In this document: piece by piece, positions 1 through 9,276 of the stretch
Layout of the letters: the number at the start of each line of letters is the position of its first letter
Position numbering within the stretch: position 1 is the stretch's first letter
Assembly (NCBI GenBank): GCA_021373135.1
Contig: JAJFTH010000003.1
Location: forward strand, 898,435 to 962,434
Length of the DNA stretch: 64,000 nucleotides
Reading direction: 5' to 3'
DNA from: Bacteroidales bacterium
Lineage (GTDB): Bacteria > Bacteroidota > Bacteroidia > Bacteroidales > UBA1402
Notes under the pieces: model-generated
Database searches by the model: none
What the model saw: the letters and a program-made list of their open reading frames with translations, nothing else
What the model was told of the DNA's origin: nothing
Position numbers and translations under genes: made by a program

Positions 1-240
1 AATGTAATTAGTTTACTCTTAGAGTTTTACTTAATTTGTTGATAATCAGATTACTGCGCTGTTAACATTCCGCAACTATCTTAGTTCGAACGGCTTGCAA
101 TATTGTCAGTCTCGCAAACCAAAAATGGCATGAAGTGCTTTAACCCGCTGTTAATAAAGGTTTATGCTTCTGTATTATTTTTACGTTAAATATTAAAAAG
201 GCGTATTTTTATCATTTTTCCTTTTTTATTCAAACGAATA

Positions 241-1131
241 TTACTTGGATTCTTTTGAACCAAAAATGGAGAAATGAACGTAACGTTTTGGTCTTTCTTT
301 CAAATCAAGCAGAAGCGTATTGGCACTTTGCGCCGTGTTGCTAAGATTTAGATAAAGAGACTGATCGTTCAACAGTAAACCCATCGAATTGTCTGGGCTG
401 TTGAGTTTTACAGACAAGTTCTCCAGTTGATTGATGGTCTTGTTTAAAGAAGCAAAGTCCAACTGGTTTATTTTGGTGCCTGCATCCGAAAATTTGGCGG
501 TGAGCGTTTCTACATTATTCAGAATGGAAGGAATTTGTTTATCCATTGAGTGATTTAGTTTGGCAGAGATCTGTTCGAGCTCTTTGGTGGTCTTTTCAAT
601 GGAGGTGAGTGATTTGTCGAGGCTGCCGTTTGAAACAAGGACATCAATGCTTGCGACCAGAGAGTCTGTTCGGTGAATCATGTTTCGCATGTCGGTGAGA
701 AGACCGTCAGAAAGCTGATCCATCATGCCAGGTGTGTTCTCGGCTATCAAGGTATCTCCACTTTGCAGCATTTCTGCATTTTGTGGTCCGAGTTCCAGAA
801 CGATGGTTGGATTTCCAAGCATTTCCGATTTGATAATGGCTTTGGTGCCTTTCGGCAAACGGAGTTTACTGTTCAGATCCAAATCCACTAAAATATGGCC
901 GGGATTGTCATACTGGTATTGGATATCGCGAACCAAACCAACCTGATAACCGTCCAGATTGACAGGACTGGACTTTACAAGTCCGTCAATTTTATTGTAA
1001 GTGACATAAAAATGGTTAGACGGACTTAAAAGATTGACTCCTTTTAAATAGTTAAGTCCCCATACAAAGATGGAAAACGTCAATATGACAATTAAACCAA
1101 TCTTGGCTTCGCTTTTTATTTCGCTTTTCAC
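241..1131 (-). CDS. MlaD/MCE-family protein (periplasmic component of a lipid-trafficking ABC system)
   Basis: 296-aa ORF with a single N-terminal TM helix (IGLIVILTFSIFVWGL). An MCE-type core follows (YVTYNKIDGLVKSSPVNLDGYQVGLVRDI...GTKAIIKSEMLG), then a long helical C-terminus. The start codon at 1131 is GTG, with no in-frame ATG nearby. Confidence 0.7.
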   Translation of the reverse strand: MKSEIKSEAKIGLIVILTFSIFVWGLNYLKGVNLLSPSNHFYVTYNKIDGLVKSSPVNLDGYQVGLVRDIQYQYDNPGHILVDLDLNSKLRLPKGTKAIIKSEMLGNPTIVLELGPQNAEMLQSGDTLIAENTPGMMDQLSDGLLTDMRNMIHRTDSLVASIDVLVSNGSLDKSLTSIEKTTKELEQISAKLNHSMDKQIPSILNNVETLTAKFSDAGTKINQLDFASLNKTINQLENLSVKLNSPDNSMGLLLNDQSLYLNLSNTAQSANTLLLDLKERPKRYVHFSIFGSKESK

Positions 1132-1213
1132 TCGAATCTGTTTTTAGTTAAAAAACTTCCGGAATCTTCATATTTGGAATTCCATTATTTCCACGATTCA
1201 AAAATACAAATAA

Positions 1214-2404
1214 TTAATGCTTGGTTTGTGCTCTTGCGTCATCAACGGCTATTTTTTGACCATTTTTTAAGGCGATGACAAAAGCATCAGGGAAAAATTT
1301 TCTCAATTCTCTGCGTTTCAGGTTGGCTTCATCAAAACTTGAGAATTTTCCGTATGTGTATTTGTATAGTTTATTTTCAAAAAAGTAGTCCAGCTCATTA
1401 CCTCTAAATTTCTTGTCATTTTCTTTTAACTTGAAGGAGGATGTTATTACCTGAACTTTAAAAATGATATCTGTATCGGTTGTAATTTTGTCAGACAGTT
1501 TGCTTGTCTGACTTTGAACGTTCTTTCTTTTACCGGCTGAGTCCGTTTTCTGAGACTGGCTTTGTCCGGAGTCTCTCCTTTCGGTAAAGCTTTCATTGGA
1601 AACCTTCTTCGCAATAGCGGAATTTCCTGTTGATTTTCGTTCGTAATTGTTCTTGAAATCTGAAAATCCTCTCAGGAGGGCTAATGCCATTTGGTCACGA
1701 CCCTCTTCGCTTTTCAGAAATTGTTCTTCTTCGTGATTGGACAGGAAGCCCAATTCCACCAAAACAGACGGCATACTGGTGCAGCGCAATACGAGGAACA
1801 CATCCTGACGTACCCCGCGGTCTTTCCGCCCTGAGGACATAAACTTTTCCTGCAGGATGGATGCAAACTGGATGCTTTGATTCATATAGTTATCCTGCAT
1901 GAATTCAAACATAATGTAGGATTCAGCAGAGTTCGGGTCGAACCCTTCGTACCTTTGTTTATAGTCGTCTTCCAATAGGATGACAGAGTTTTCACGTTTG
2001 GCAATTTCGAAATTTTCTCTTGTCCTGTTCTGACCGAGGGTAAAGGTCGAAGCACCTCTTACTGTCGGTGTTTCAGCGTGGTCAGCATGAATGGAAAGAA
2101 ACAAGTTGGCTTTGGCTTTATTGGCAATCATGGCACGCTGATCCAAAGGAATGAAAACATCCGTGCTTCTGGTATAAATGACTTTTACATCCGGGTGTTG
2201 TCTCTTGATGAGCTGTCCCAGTTTGAGTCCGACAGACAATACAACATCCTTTTCTTTTATGGAAGTTCCCAATGTTCCGGAATCTTTGCCTCCGTGACCA
2301 GGGTCAATGACGACGGTGAAGGTCGATGGTGCTGCCGCAAAAGATGCAGGAATCAATAATCCTGAAAACAGAATAAGAAGCAGGTTTAAAAGTCTATGTT
2401 GCAT
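1214..2404 (-). CDS. N-acetylmuramoyl-L-alanine amidase (Amidase_3) with C-terminal SPOR-like domain
   Basis: Motifs VVIDPGHGGKDSG, LSIHAD and PSVLVELGFLSN. The C-terminal 70 aa (IFKVQVITSS...DAFVIALKNGQ) looks SPOR-like. I trimmed the track ORF (to 2512) to the ATG at 2404 (MQHRLLNLLLILFSGLL signal peptide), because the extension overlaps the divergent neighbour and a TACTTTTG box sits at 2424-2431. Confidence 0.85.
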   Translation of the reverse strand: MQHRLLNLLLILFSGLLIPASFAAAPSTFTVVIDPGHGGKDSGTLGTSIKEKDVVLSVGLKLGQLIKRQHPDVKVIYTRSTDVFIPLDQRAMIANKAKANLFLSIHADHAETPTVRGASTFTLGQNRTRENFEIAKRENSVILLEDDYKQRYEGFDPNSAESYIMFEFMQDNYMNQSIQFASILQEKFMSSGRKDRGVRQDVFLVLRCTSMPSVLVELGFLSNHEEEQFLKSEEGRDQMALALLRGFSDFKNNYERKSTGNSAIAKKVSNESFTERRDSGQSQSQKTDSAGKRKNVQSQTSKLSDKITTDTDIIFKVQVITSSFKLKENDKKFRGNELDYFFENKLYKYTYGKFSSFDEANLKRRELRKFFPDAFVIALKNGQKIAVDDARAQTKH

Positions 2405-2423
2405 ACATATGAAATTACTATTG

Positions 2424-2431
2424 CAAAAGTA
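2424..2431 (-). promoter_or_regulatory. Bacteroides-type -7 promoter box (TACTTTTG) for the amidase gene
   Basis: Exact match to the Bacteroides sigma-ABfr -7 consensus TAnnTTTG on the minus strand, 20 nt upstream of the ATG at 2404. Confidence 0.5.
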
Positions 2432-2540
2432 GATGAAAATTGCCAAGAAGCCAAAAGTTTTCTTTTTCTTTGTTATGATGAATGCGTATGTTGAGACAAT
2501 CTTAAATCGCATGATTAAAAATTTCTTTTATTTGACTATA

Positions 2541-3080
2541 ATGATGGATGCCGTTAAACTTCTTCAGAAATATATTGATCCGGATACCGAACTTTACCAT
2601 ATTGTATATACACATAGCAGAAGTGTGGCAGATAAAGCACTTTCAATAGCTGCCAATCATCCTGAATGGTCACTTAATCCGACTTTCTTGGAAGAGGCTG
2701 GTCTGCTGCATGATATTGGTGTTTTTCTGACAAAGGCTGATACAATCCAGTGCTTTGGAGTATATCCATATATCTGTCATGGCTATCTGGGGCGTGAAAT
2801 TCTTGAAAAAGAGGGTTTCCCAAAGCATGGCTTGGTTTGTGAAAGGCATACGGGTACAGGTCTGACGCTATCTGAAATATTAAACAGAGATTTGCCATTG
2901 CCGCATCGTGATTTATGTCCTGTTAGCATAGAGGAACAATTGATTTGTTTTGCTGACAAGTTTTTCTCAAAAACATTTTTGAATCAAGAACTTACGTCCT
3001 CAGAAGCACGGTCGAAACTTGAGAAATATGGAAACGAAGGCTTGAAACGCTTTGATGTTTGGTGTGAACGATTCCTATGA
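2541..3080 (+). CDS. HD-domain phosphohydrolase
   Basis: The LLHDIGV (H-D) motif and HGYLG/ERHTGTG are typical of small HD superfamily hydrolases. Start moved to the ATGATG at 2541 (MMDAVKLLQKY), because the track extension is low-complexity and overlaps the amidase gene. Confidence 0.7.
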   Translation: MMDAVKLLQKYIDPDTELYHIVYTHSRSVADKALSIAANHPEWSLNPTFLEEAGLLHDIGVFLTKADTIQCFGVYPYICHGYLGREILEKEGFPKHGLVCERHTGTGLTLSEILNRDLPLPHRDLCPVSIEEQLICFADKFFSKTFLNQELTSSEARSKLEKYGNEGLKRFDVWCERFL

Positions 3081-3197
3081 TTGATAAAGAATCAGCTATT
3101 TTAGATGAAGGAATCTGCTGTTAAGTACTTTTCACGTCTGCGCTTTTTGATTCCAAGTAGTTTTACGTACATTTGCGCTCTAATCTTAGAGCAGCTC

Positions 3198-5987
3198 ATG
3201 ACTCTTTTGCGCCGTCATTCTATATGTTTATATTCAGGACTTTTAGTGCTGTTTTGTTGTTCCCTTATCCCTGTTCGGGCACAGCATGGCTCTTTCTCCA
3301 AAAAAAAGGTCTCGGCTGTTTCTATGTCAACTGCTTCAAATAATGTCCAGCCTCTTCAAAGTCCTGCAACTTTATCCGGCTCAAAAGTACAATCAGTGCC
3401 TCTTTCCGCTTCCCACGCCCTCGTAGACTCAACACAGAAAAAAGACTCCCTCTCTGTCAAAAAGACAAAAGGTCTCACTGAAATTGTGGATTATGAAGCC
3501 AGCGATTCTTTGGTTTTTCTTGCCGGAGGTACCGGCCTTCTATATGGTGATGGTAAGATCGTTTATGGAAAGACAAACCTGGATGCCGGTTTTATCAGAA
3601 TGGATATGGACAGCAGTCTTTTATTTGCTACCGGACGGCCTGATTCGTCAGGTAAAATCGTTGGTGATCCTGTGTTTAAGGATGAGAGTGGAGAGTATCC
3701 TTCCAAGAATCTGAAATATAATTTCAATACAAAAAAAGGTTTCATAACCCAAGTAGTTACCCAACAGGGTGAAGGCTATGTGGTGAGTGGCAAGACCAAA
3801 AAAATGTCCGACGATATCATGTATATGGTTGGTGGAAAGTATACGACTTGCGATAATCATGAACATCCACATTTCTATCTGGACTTGAGCAGGGCAAAAG
3901 TGAAACCGGGAAGCTATATTGTATCCGGGCCTGCCCACTTGGTCATGGAAGATGTAGACCTTCCTCTGATGTTGCCATTCGGCTATTTCCCTTTCAAGGG
4001 TAAATATTCTTCAGGCATGTTGACTCCTACTTATGGTGATGAGCTAACCCGCGGTTTTTACCTGAAAGACGGAGGATACTATTTTGCATTCAATGATTAT
4101 ATGGATTTGGCTCTGACCGGTGAATTGTACTCCAAAGGTTCATGGGGCTTGAGTGCCAGGTCTTCCTACAGGGTAAAGTACAAATATTCCGGAAGTTTCA
4201 ATGCCTCCTATCTTGAATCCGTTACCAGTGAAAAGAATCTGCCCGATTATGGAAAATCCAAAAACTTGAGTGTTACATGGAGCCATTCCCAGGATGCAAA
4301 GGCCAATCCATTCAGTACTTTTTCTGCCAGTGTGAATTTTCAGACCAGTGGCTATACCAGAAATGATTTAACGTCTTATTACAATCCGGAAGCTTTCTCG
4401 AACAATACAAAAAGTTCTTCCGTCAATTTTACCCAGCGTTTTCCTGAAAGTCCTTTCAGTTTAAGCACAAGTATGAGCATTTCCCAAAGAAGTTCGGATT
4501 CAACTTTGACGGTTTCTCTGCCTAATCTGAATGTGTCAATGTCGAGTATCAGTCCTTTCAAACGAAAAAATCCGATAGGTGGTGAGCGGTGGTATGAAAA
4601 GATTCGCATGGGATATACCGGTACTTTTACGAACAGTATTAGTCAGGTTAAGGAAAAAGATTTTTTAAAAAAGTCGCTCATCAAGGATTGGCGTAACGGA
4701 GCGAAGCATAGCATTCCTGTTACTGCTACATTCAATGTTCTAAACTACATCAATATCTCTCCATCCTTAAACTATACGGAACGTTGGTATTCCAGTTCTA
4801 TAGATAAGCATTTTGATAAGAATCTGAATCAAGTTGTTACAGATACACTTTGGGGGTTCAACCGTGTCTGGGATTATTCTACATCAGTGAACGTCTCTAC
4901 CACGATTTACGGGATGTACCAACCCATCCAGAAAATTTTCGGCAAGAAGATCAACATGATCCGTCATGTCATCAAACCTTCCATATCTTTCTCCTATACT
5001 CCAGATTTCGGGGCAGAAAAATACGGCTATTATGGTAGCTATTCATATATTGATGGCTATGGTGTTGAGCAATTTGTGAATTACTCCCATTACGATAATG
5101 CCTTGTATGGTTTGCCAGGCAAGGGTGAGTCCGGTAGCATCGGTTTCGAGTTAGCCAATAATCTGGAAATGAAAATAAAGCAACAGACAGATACGGCCGT
5201 CATAGATAAAAAGGTCAGTTTGATTGATAACCTCTCTTTCCGAACAAGTTATAATATGGCGGCTGATAGCTTGAATTGGAGTGATATAGCGGCCAATATT
5301 CGTTTGAGATTCGGGCCAAAATACACTTTAAATCTGAGCGGATCGTTTGACCCGTACACATACCAGCTGAACAAGGCTGGAACTCCGGTAAGGGTCAATA
5401 CGACCCAATTTAAGAAGTACGGTATTCCCGGGCGTCTCATAAGCACCGGAACCTCTTTTTCTTATACTTTTAACAATGATACATTCAAGAAGAAAGATAA
5501 AAATAAGAAAGGGAAAGAATCAGGTTCAACTTCCAATGAACAACCAGACGGAGAAACCCGTGATGGGGGAGTGATTCCACCTTCGGAGCCTCTTGATCCC
5601 GAAGCTGCACTCTATGCACCATTTAAAATGCCATGGAGCCTGAGCATCAATTATACTTTGAACTATTCCCGTTCCACATTTGATACGGAACGCTTGGAAT
5701 ACAACCACAAAATATTTCAAAATTTGAGTTTGAGTGGAACTATTTCTCTGACGGACAAATGGAAGATGAATGCGTCAACCAGTTACAATTTCGATACAAA
5801 ACAGCTGGCAACCATGAATTGCTCCATCACGCGTGATTTGCACTGCTGGGAGATGTCGGCCAATATTATTCCGATCGGCCGGTATAAATCCTATAACTTT
5901 TCGGTTCGTGTAAAATCCACCTTGTTGCAGGATCTAAAGTATGAGCAGCATCAGAATCCGAGAGACAACACCATTTGGGGCTATTAA
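3198..5987 (+). CDS. LptD/OstA-like outer-membrane LPS-assembly protein
   Basis: About 930 aa with a signal peptide (LLVLFCCSLIPVRAQ). The N-terminal OstA-like region reads VDYEASDSLVFLAGGTGLLYGDGKIVYGKTNLDAGFIRMDMDSSLLFATG. A long beta-rich C-terminus alternates aromatic residues. Start set to the ATG at 3198. Confidence 0.6.
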   Translation: MTLLRRHSICLYSGLLVLFCCSLIPVRAQHGSFSKKKVSAVSMSTASNNVQPLQSPATLSGSKVQSVPLSASHALVDSTQKKDSLSVKKTKGLTEIVDYEASDSLVFLAGGTGLLYGDGKIVYGKTNLDAGFIRMDMDSSLLFATGRPDSSGKIVGDPVFKDESGEYPSKNLKYNFNTKKGFITQVVTQQGEGYVVSGKTKKMSDDIMYMVGGKYTTCDNHEHPHFYLDLSRAKVKPGSYIVSGPAHLVMEDVDLPLMLPFGYFPFKGKYSSGMLTPTYGDELTRGFYLKDGGYYFAFNDYMDLALTGELYSKGSWGLSARSSYRVKYKYSGSFNASYLESVTSEKNLPDYGKSKNLSVTWSHSQDAKANPFSTFSASVNFQTSGYTRNDLTSYYNPEAFSNNTKSSSVNFTQRFPESPFSLSTSMSISQRSSDSTLTVSLPNLNVSMSSISPFKRKNPIGGERWYEKIRMGYTGTFTNSISQVKEKDFLKKSLIKDWRNGAKHSIPVTATFNVLNYINISPSLNYTERWYSSSIDKHFDKNLNQVVTDTLWGFNRVWDYSTSVNVSTTIYGMYQPIQKIFGKKINMIRHVIKPSISFSYTPDFGAEKYGYYGSYSYIDGYGVEQFVNYSHYDNALYGLPGKGESGSIGFELANNLEMKIKQQTDTAVIDKKVSLIDNLSFRTSYNMAADSLNWSDIAANIRLRFGPKYTLNLSGSFDPYTYQLNKAGTPVRVNTTQFKKYGIPGRLISTGTSFSYTFNNDTFKKKDKNKKGKESGSTSNEQPDGETRDGGVIPPSEPLDPEAALYAPFKMPWSLSINYTLNYSRSTFDTERLEYNHKIFQNLSLSGTISLTDKWKMNASTSYNFDTKQLATMNCSITRDLHCWEMSANIIPIGRYKSYNFSVRVKSTLLQDLKYEQHQNPRDNTIWGY

Positions 5988-6649
5988 TGCCAATCGATGG
6001 GGACAAGACCCTGTGCCGTCAGGTATTCATTGGCCTTGCTGAAATGCTTGTTTCCGAAAAATCCCCGATGTGCTGAAAGTGGAGAGGGGTGCACCGATTT
6101 CAGGACCAAATGTTTGCTTTCATCAATAAACGCTCCTTTCTTTTGGGCGTATGCTCCCCATAAAATGAAAACTAAGCCTGAACGGTTTTCTGCCAACTCG
6201 TGGATGACAGCATCTGTAAATGTTTCCCAGCCTTTGTTCTGATGAGATCCCGCCAAGTGAGCCTTCACAGTCAGGGTGGCGTTGAGCAACAGCACACCTT
6301 GATTGGCCCAGCGCTCCAGGTTTCCGCTTTTGTAAGGTTCGTATCCTTCATCTGAACGTATTTCCTTAAAGATATTCAAAAGCGAAGGAGGATATGCTAC
6401 TCCGTCTTTCACGGAGAAACAGAGACCATGAGCCTGTCCGGGTTCGTGGTATGGGTCTTGTCCGAGAATGACTACTTTAACCTGGTCGAAAGGACAGTGG
6501 TCGAAGGCGTTAAATATGAGCTTCCCTTCAGGGTATATTGTCTGATGTTGGTATTCCGAACGAATATATTGAGTCAACTTAAAAAAATAGTCTTTCTCAA
6601 ACTCTTTTTCAAGCTGATTCTTCCACGATTTTTCTATCTTTACGTCCAT
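5984..6649 (-). CDS. ung: uracil-DNA glycosylase
   Basis: Family-1 UDG motifs VVILGQDPYH, GVLLLNATLTV and HPSPLSA. Start set to MDVKIEKSW (ATG at 6649). Confidence 0.9.
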   Translation of the reverse strand: MDVKIEKSWKNQLEKEFEKDYFFKLTQYIRSEYQHQTIYPEGKLIFNAFDHCPFDQVKVVILGQDPYHEPGQAHGLCFSVKDGVAYPPSLLNIFKEIRSDEGYEPYKSGNLERWANQGVLLLNATLTVKAHLAGSHQNKGWETFTDAVIHELAENRSGLVFILWGAYAQKKGAFIDESKHLVLKSVHPSPLSAHRGFFGNKHFSKANEYLTAQGLVPIDWH

Positions 6650-6714
6650 AATAAATGGAAAATAGCAGGTTTGTACATCACTTATCCTTGCAAAAATACA
6701 CAAACTTTTTAATT

Positions 6715-7464
6715 ATGCGTCGGGCAAAACGTTTAAGCATCCTCTTTTTTGTGATAGGTTTTTGTACATGTCTGTTTTTAATAGGGACAGTTCGGTTTTT
6801 AAGCAAGTTGAATTGGAGTAAGATAACGGAATGTAATGAAAAGGCAGTTTTCTTCCCTGTTGGTAAATGCCCCGATTGCCAAATTATTTCTACAAAATAT
6901 TGGAATATTGCGAAATTGAATGATAACAACACACTCCATCTGGAATGTGCCCGGGAAATGGGTATTGAACCATTTCAGACAAATCAGGATCTTGAAAACA
7001 ATATCGAGTCTTTCGTCTTTAAGGGTAAATTGAAAAAACTGGAAGATTGTGATACGTACAAACTGAAGGAACTGACACATTCATATCCTTATCTGGTTCC
7101 CAAAGCTGTTGACCTTTTGGATGAAATCGGTGATCGATTTGAAGAAAAGTTGCATGAAATGAATATTCCTTCTTACTATATGCTGATAAGTTCTGTGCTT
7201 CGCACCAAAGAAAGTCAAAATGGTTTGGGTAAGCGCAACAGAAACGCCACAGCTCTGTCAGCCCATATGTATGGCACCACTTTTGATATCTCTTATAAGG
7301 AATTCTTGCCACTTCATGGCAAACAGGCCAGAGAAGGCTTTTGCAGACATGATATGTTACGTCATCCTTTGGGTGAAGTCCTGACTGAAATGAGTAATGA
7401 AGGCCGTTGCAGGGTGGTTCGTGAAAAGAAACAAGCCTGTTTCCACATCACTGTAGCGAAATAG
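6715..7464 (+). CDS. DUF5715-like protein with LAS/M15 (VanY-like) metallopeptidase signature
   Basis: N-terminal TM or signal segment (LSILFFVIGFCTCLFLIG). SAHMYGTTFDIS matches the S-x-H-x-x-G-x-A/T-x-D zinc-site pattern of VanY/M15 peptidases, and there is a late His in ACFHITV. Start set to the ATG at 6715. Confidence 0.5.
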   Translation: MRRAKRLSILFFVIGFCTCLFLIGTVRFLSKLNWSKITECNEKAVFFPVGKCPDCQIISTKYWNIAKLNDNNTLHLECAREMGIEPFQTNQDLENNIESFVFKGKLKKLEDCDTYKLKELTHSYPYLVPKAVDLLDEIGDRFEEKLHEMNIPSYYMLISSVLRTKESQNGLGKRNRNATALSAHMYGTTFDISYKEFLPLHGKQAREGFCRHDMLRHPLGEVLTEMSNEGRCRVVREKKQACFHITVAK

Positions 7465-7475
7465 AAACAGGCTTG
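7432..7475. terminator. 12-bp perfect inverted repeat spanning the stop codon of the 6715-7464 gene
   Basis: CAAGCCTGTTTC (7432-7443) pairs with GAAACAGGCTTG (7464-7475). Read on the minus strand, the hairpin is followed by TTTCTTTTC, so it could terminate convergent asnA. Confidence 0.4.
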
Positions 7476-7495
7476 CAAAAGCTTTATAATATTTA

Positions 7496-8533
7496 TTAGA
7501 TCAGAATCATGCCATGTTCACGGCAGGTTTTCCGCATATCTTCCGACCAGATGCTGGCTTGTATTTCACCGATGTGACCTTTACGAAGCAGGTACATGCA
7601 TAAGCGGGATTGGCCGATGCCTCCGCCGATGCTCAATGGTAATTCTCCGTTCAGCAATCTCTTATGGAAGAAAAGGTTTTTGCGGTCTTCACATTTGCAA
7701 ATCCTAAGCTGTTTAAGCATCGCTTTTTGGTCTACACGAATACCCATGGATGAAAGTTCCATGGAGCATCCCAAAATATCATTCCAAACGAAAAGATCTC
7801 CGTTCAACCCGACAAAACCGTCTTCATTTGGTGTTGTCCAATCGTCGTAGTCCGGTGCACGTTCATCGTGTTTGCTTCCGTTGGATAAAATACTTCCGAT
7901 CCCTATGATGAAGACAGCTTTGTGTTCTTTGGTGAACTCGTTTTCCCGTTCTTTGGGTGTCAGATTGGGGTATTTTTTTAGTAATTCTTCTGAATGGATG
8001 AAGGTGATTTTTTCCGGAAGGCAAGGGCTAATATTGGGAAATTGTTCAAAAACCAAATACTCTGTTTGGCGGATAGCTCCATATATGCGTCTTACGACGT
8101 CTTTGAGAAACTCTATGTTGCGGTCTTTTTCTTCCATGGAAAGTTCCCAATCCCACTGGTCAACATAAAGTGAATGCAGGTTACCGAGTTCTTCGTCAGC
8201 TCTGATGGCATTCATGTCTGTATATATGCCGTAACCGGATTCGATATTGTATTCTGATAGAGTGAGGCGTTTCCATTTTGCAAGTGAATGTACTATTTCA
8301 GCACTCTGATCGTTCAAGTCTTTAATAGTAAAGCTTACCGGGCGTTCCCGACCGGAAAGATTATCATTGATGCCTGTACCGGAAAGAACAAACAGTGGTG
8401 CGGTTACTCTACGGAGACGTAATTCTGCAGATAGACTCAGCTGAAAGAATTCCTTGATTTGTTTGATGCCCTGTTCGGTTTGTTTTAAATCGATCAAAGC
8501 CTCATAATCTTTAGGCAAAATTAAATAGCTCAT
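7496..8533 (-). CDS. asnA: aspartate--ammonia ligase (asparagine synthetase A)
   Basis: 345 aa with an end-to-end AsnA-like sequence (MSYLILPKDYEALIDLKQTEQGIKQIKEFF...VDQWDWE...GGGIGQSRLCMYLL). Confidence 0.9.
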   Translation of the reverse strand: MSYLILPKDYEALIDLKQTEQGIKQIKEFFQLSLSAELRLRRVTAPLFVLSGTGINDNLSGRERPVSFTIKDLNDQSAEIVHSLAKWKRLTLSEYNIESGYGIYTDMNAIRADEELGNLHSLYVDQWDWELSMEEKDRNIEFLKDVVRRIYGAIRQTEYLVFEQFPNISPCLPEKITFIHSEELLKKYPNLTPKERENEFTKEHKAVFIIGIGSILSNGSKHDERAPDYDDWTTPNEDGFVGLNGDLFVWNDILGCSMELSSMGIRVDQKAMLKQLRICKCEDRKNLFFHKRLLNGELPLSIGGGIGQSRLCMYLLRKGHIGEIQASIWSEDMRKTCREHGMILI

Positions 8534-8739
8534 ATTTATTAGGTTATTATACCGGATTTATTTGATCGGGCAAAGATAATCAAATTTGACAAAATGAAAG
8601 TATTTTGCAGAAAGTTATAGCCAAAATTTAAACAAATTTCAAGAATTTCAATTCAAAAAACACATTTTTGAGTATATATATATCAGTATTAAAAGACTTT
8701 TTATGTATTCGTTCATTGTCTGAATCCGGATTTTTATTG

Positions 8740-8747
8740 TATTTTTG
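8740..8747 (+). promoter_or_regulatory. -7 promoter box (TATTTTTG) for tRNA-Arg
   Basis: Exact TAnnTTTG match ending 13 nt upstream of the tRNA 5' end. Confidence 0.5.
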
Positions 8748-8759
8748 CATCTGTTTTTG

Positions 8760-8831
8760 GGCCCCGTAGTTCAATGGATAGAATAATGGATTCCGGTTCC
8801 ATCGATTGGAGTTCGAATCTCCACGGGGTCA
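8760..8831 (+). tRNA. tRNA-Arg (anticodon CCG)
   Basis: Folded by hand. Acceptor GGCCCCG/CGGGGTC (one G-U), D arm GTTC..GAAT, anticodon stem ATGGA/TCCAT with loop TTCCGGT, T arm TGGAG-TTCGAAT-CTCCA, discriminator A. No encoded CCA. Confidence 0.9.
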
Positions 8832-8842
8832 CGAAAAGTTTT

Positions 8843-8885
8843 CATAAAACGTTGTAATCGAATTGATTGCAACGTTTTATGTTTT
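8843..8885 (+). terminator. rho-independent terminator after tRNA-Arg
   Basis: 17-bp stem CATAAAACGTTGTAATC/GATTGCAACGTTTTATG (one G-U), a 5-nt loop, then TTTT. Confidence 0.75.
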
Positions 8886-9276
8886 AACGGGGTAAACATA
8901 GGTAAAACTGGAGTTGCTAACTTGGCGGGGATACAGAGTTAAGCATAAAAGTTTAAATTTGTGTGTTATGAGAAACCAACTTAGGGCTTACTAATGCTTC
9001 GGGACATGATGCCCGCGTATCATGGATTTGCACTCGCTGGAAAAATAAAATTGCTGTTTTGCTAATGTAAAACTTATTTGTATTTTTATAGTTATTAAAC
9101 CGTTTACAACAAGTATGTGCTGTTTATGCAGGAGACACACTCTACTCAAAAGTACACCCGTCTTCGGTTGGCGTTCTGGTTTCCCGTTACCAAACATGCA
9201 AAAAAAGACGATGTCAGCAACAAAGAGAAATAGGACAAAAAGGATACAAATTGTCATAAAAAAAAGAGAATAAAAA

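Noticed and set aside
1-240. Unassigned 240 nt at the window start, with the 9-mer cgctgttaa repeated at 57-65 and 146-154. I considered an ncRNA.
   Set aside because: I found no ORF, tRNA-like or other recognisable RNA fold, or promoter box. A single 9-mer repeat within 240 nt is roughly a 10% chance event. The region is truncated by the window edge, so it was left uncalled.
2405-2512. N-terminal extensions in the ORF track. Examples are 1214-2512, 2433-3080, 3105-, 5984-6703, 6655-, 11460-, 15685-, 28768-29796, 35728-37833, 41114-, 47251-48822, 56584-57138 and 59023-.
   Set aside because: The extensions precede obvious signal peptides or conserved N-termini, overlap neighbouring genes or promoter boxes, and often begin with non-ATG codons. 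I trimmed the starts to the internal ATG in each case.
5984-5987. The stop codons of the LptD-like gene (plus strand) and ung (minus strand) share the palindrome TTAA.
   Set aside because: This is a real but trivial consequence of tight convergent packing, with no further structure.
8887-8894. acggggta, a 7-nt match to the tRNA-Arg 3' acceptor strand (acggggtca), considered as a candidate att direct repeat. A ctccac 6-mer near 24910 was also considered.
   Set aside because: Matches of 6-7 nt are expected by chance. No longer repeat of the tRNA 3' end was found near either edge of the accessory block.
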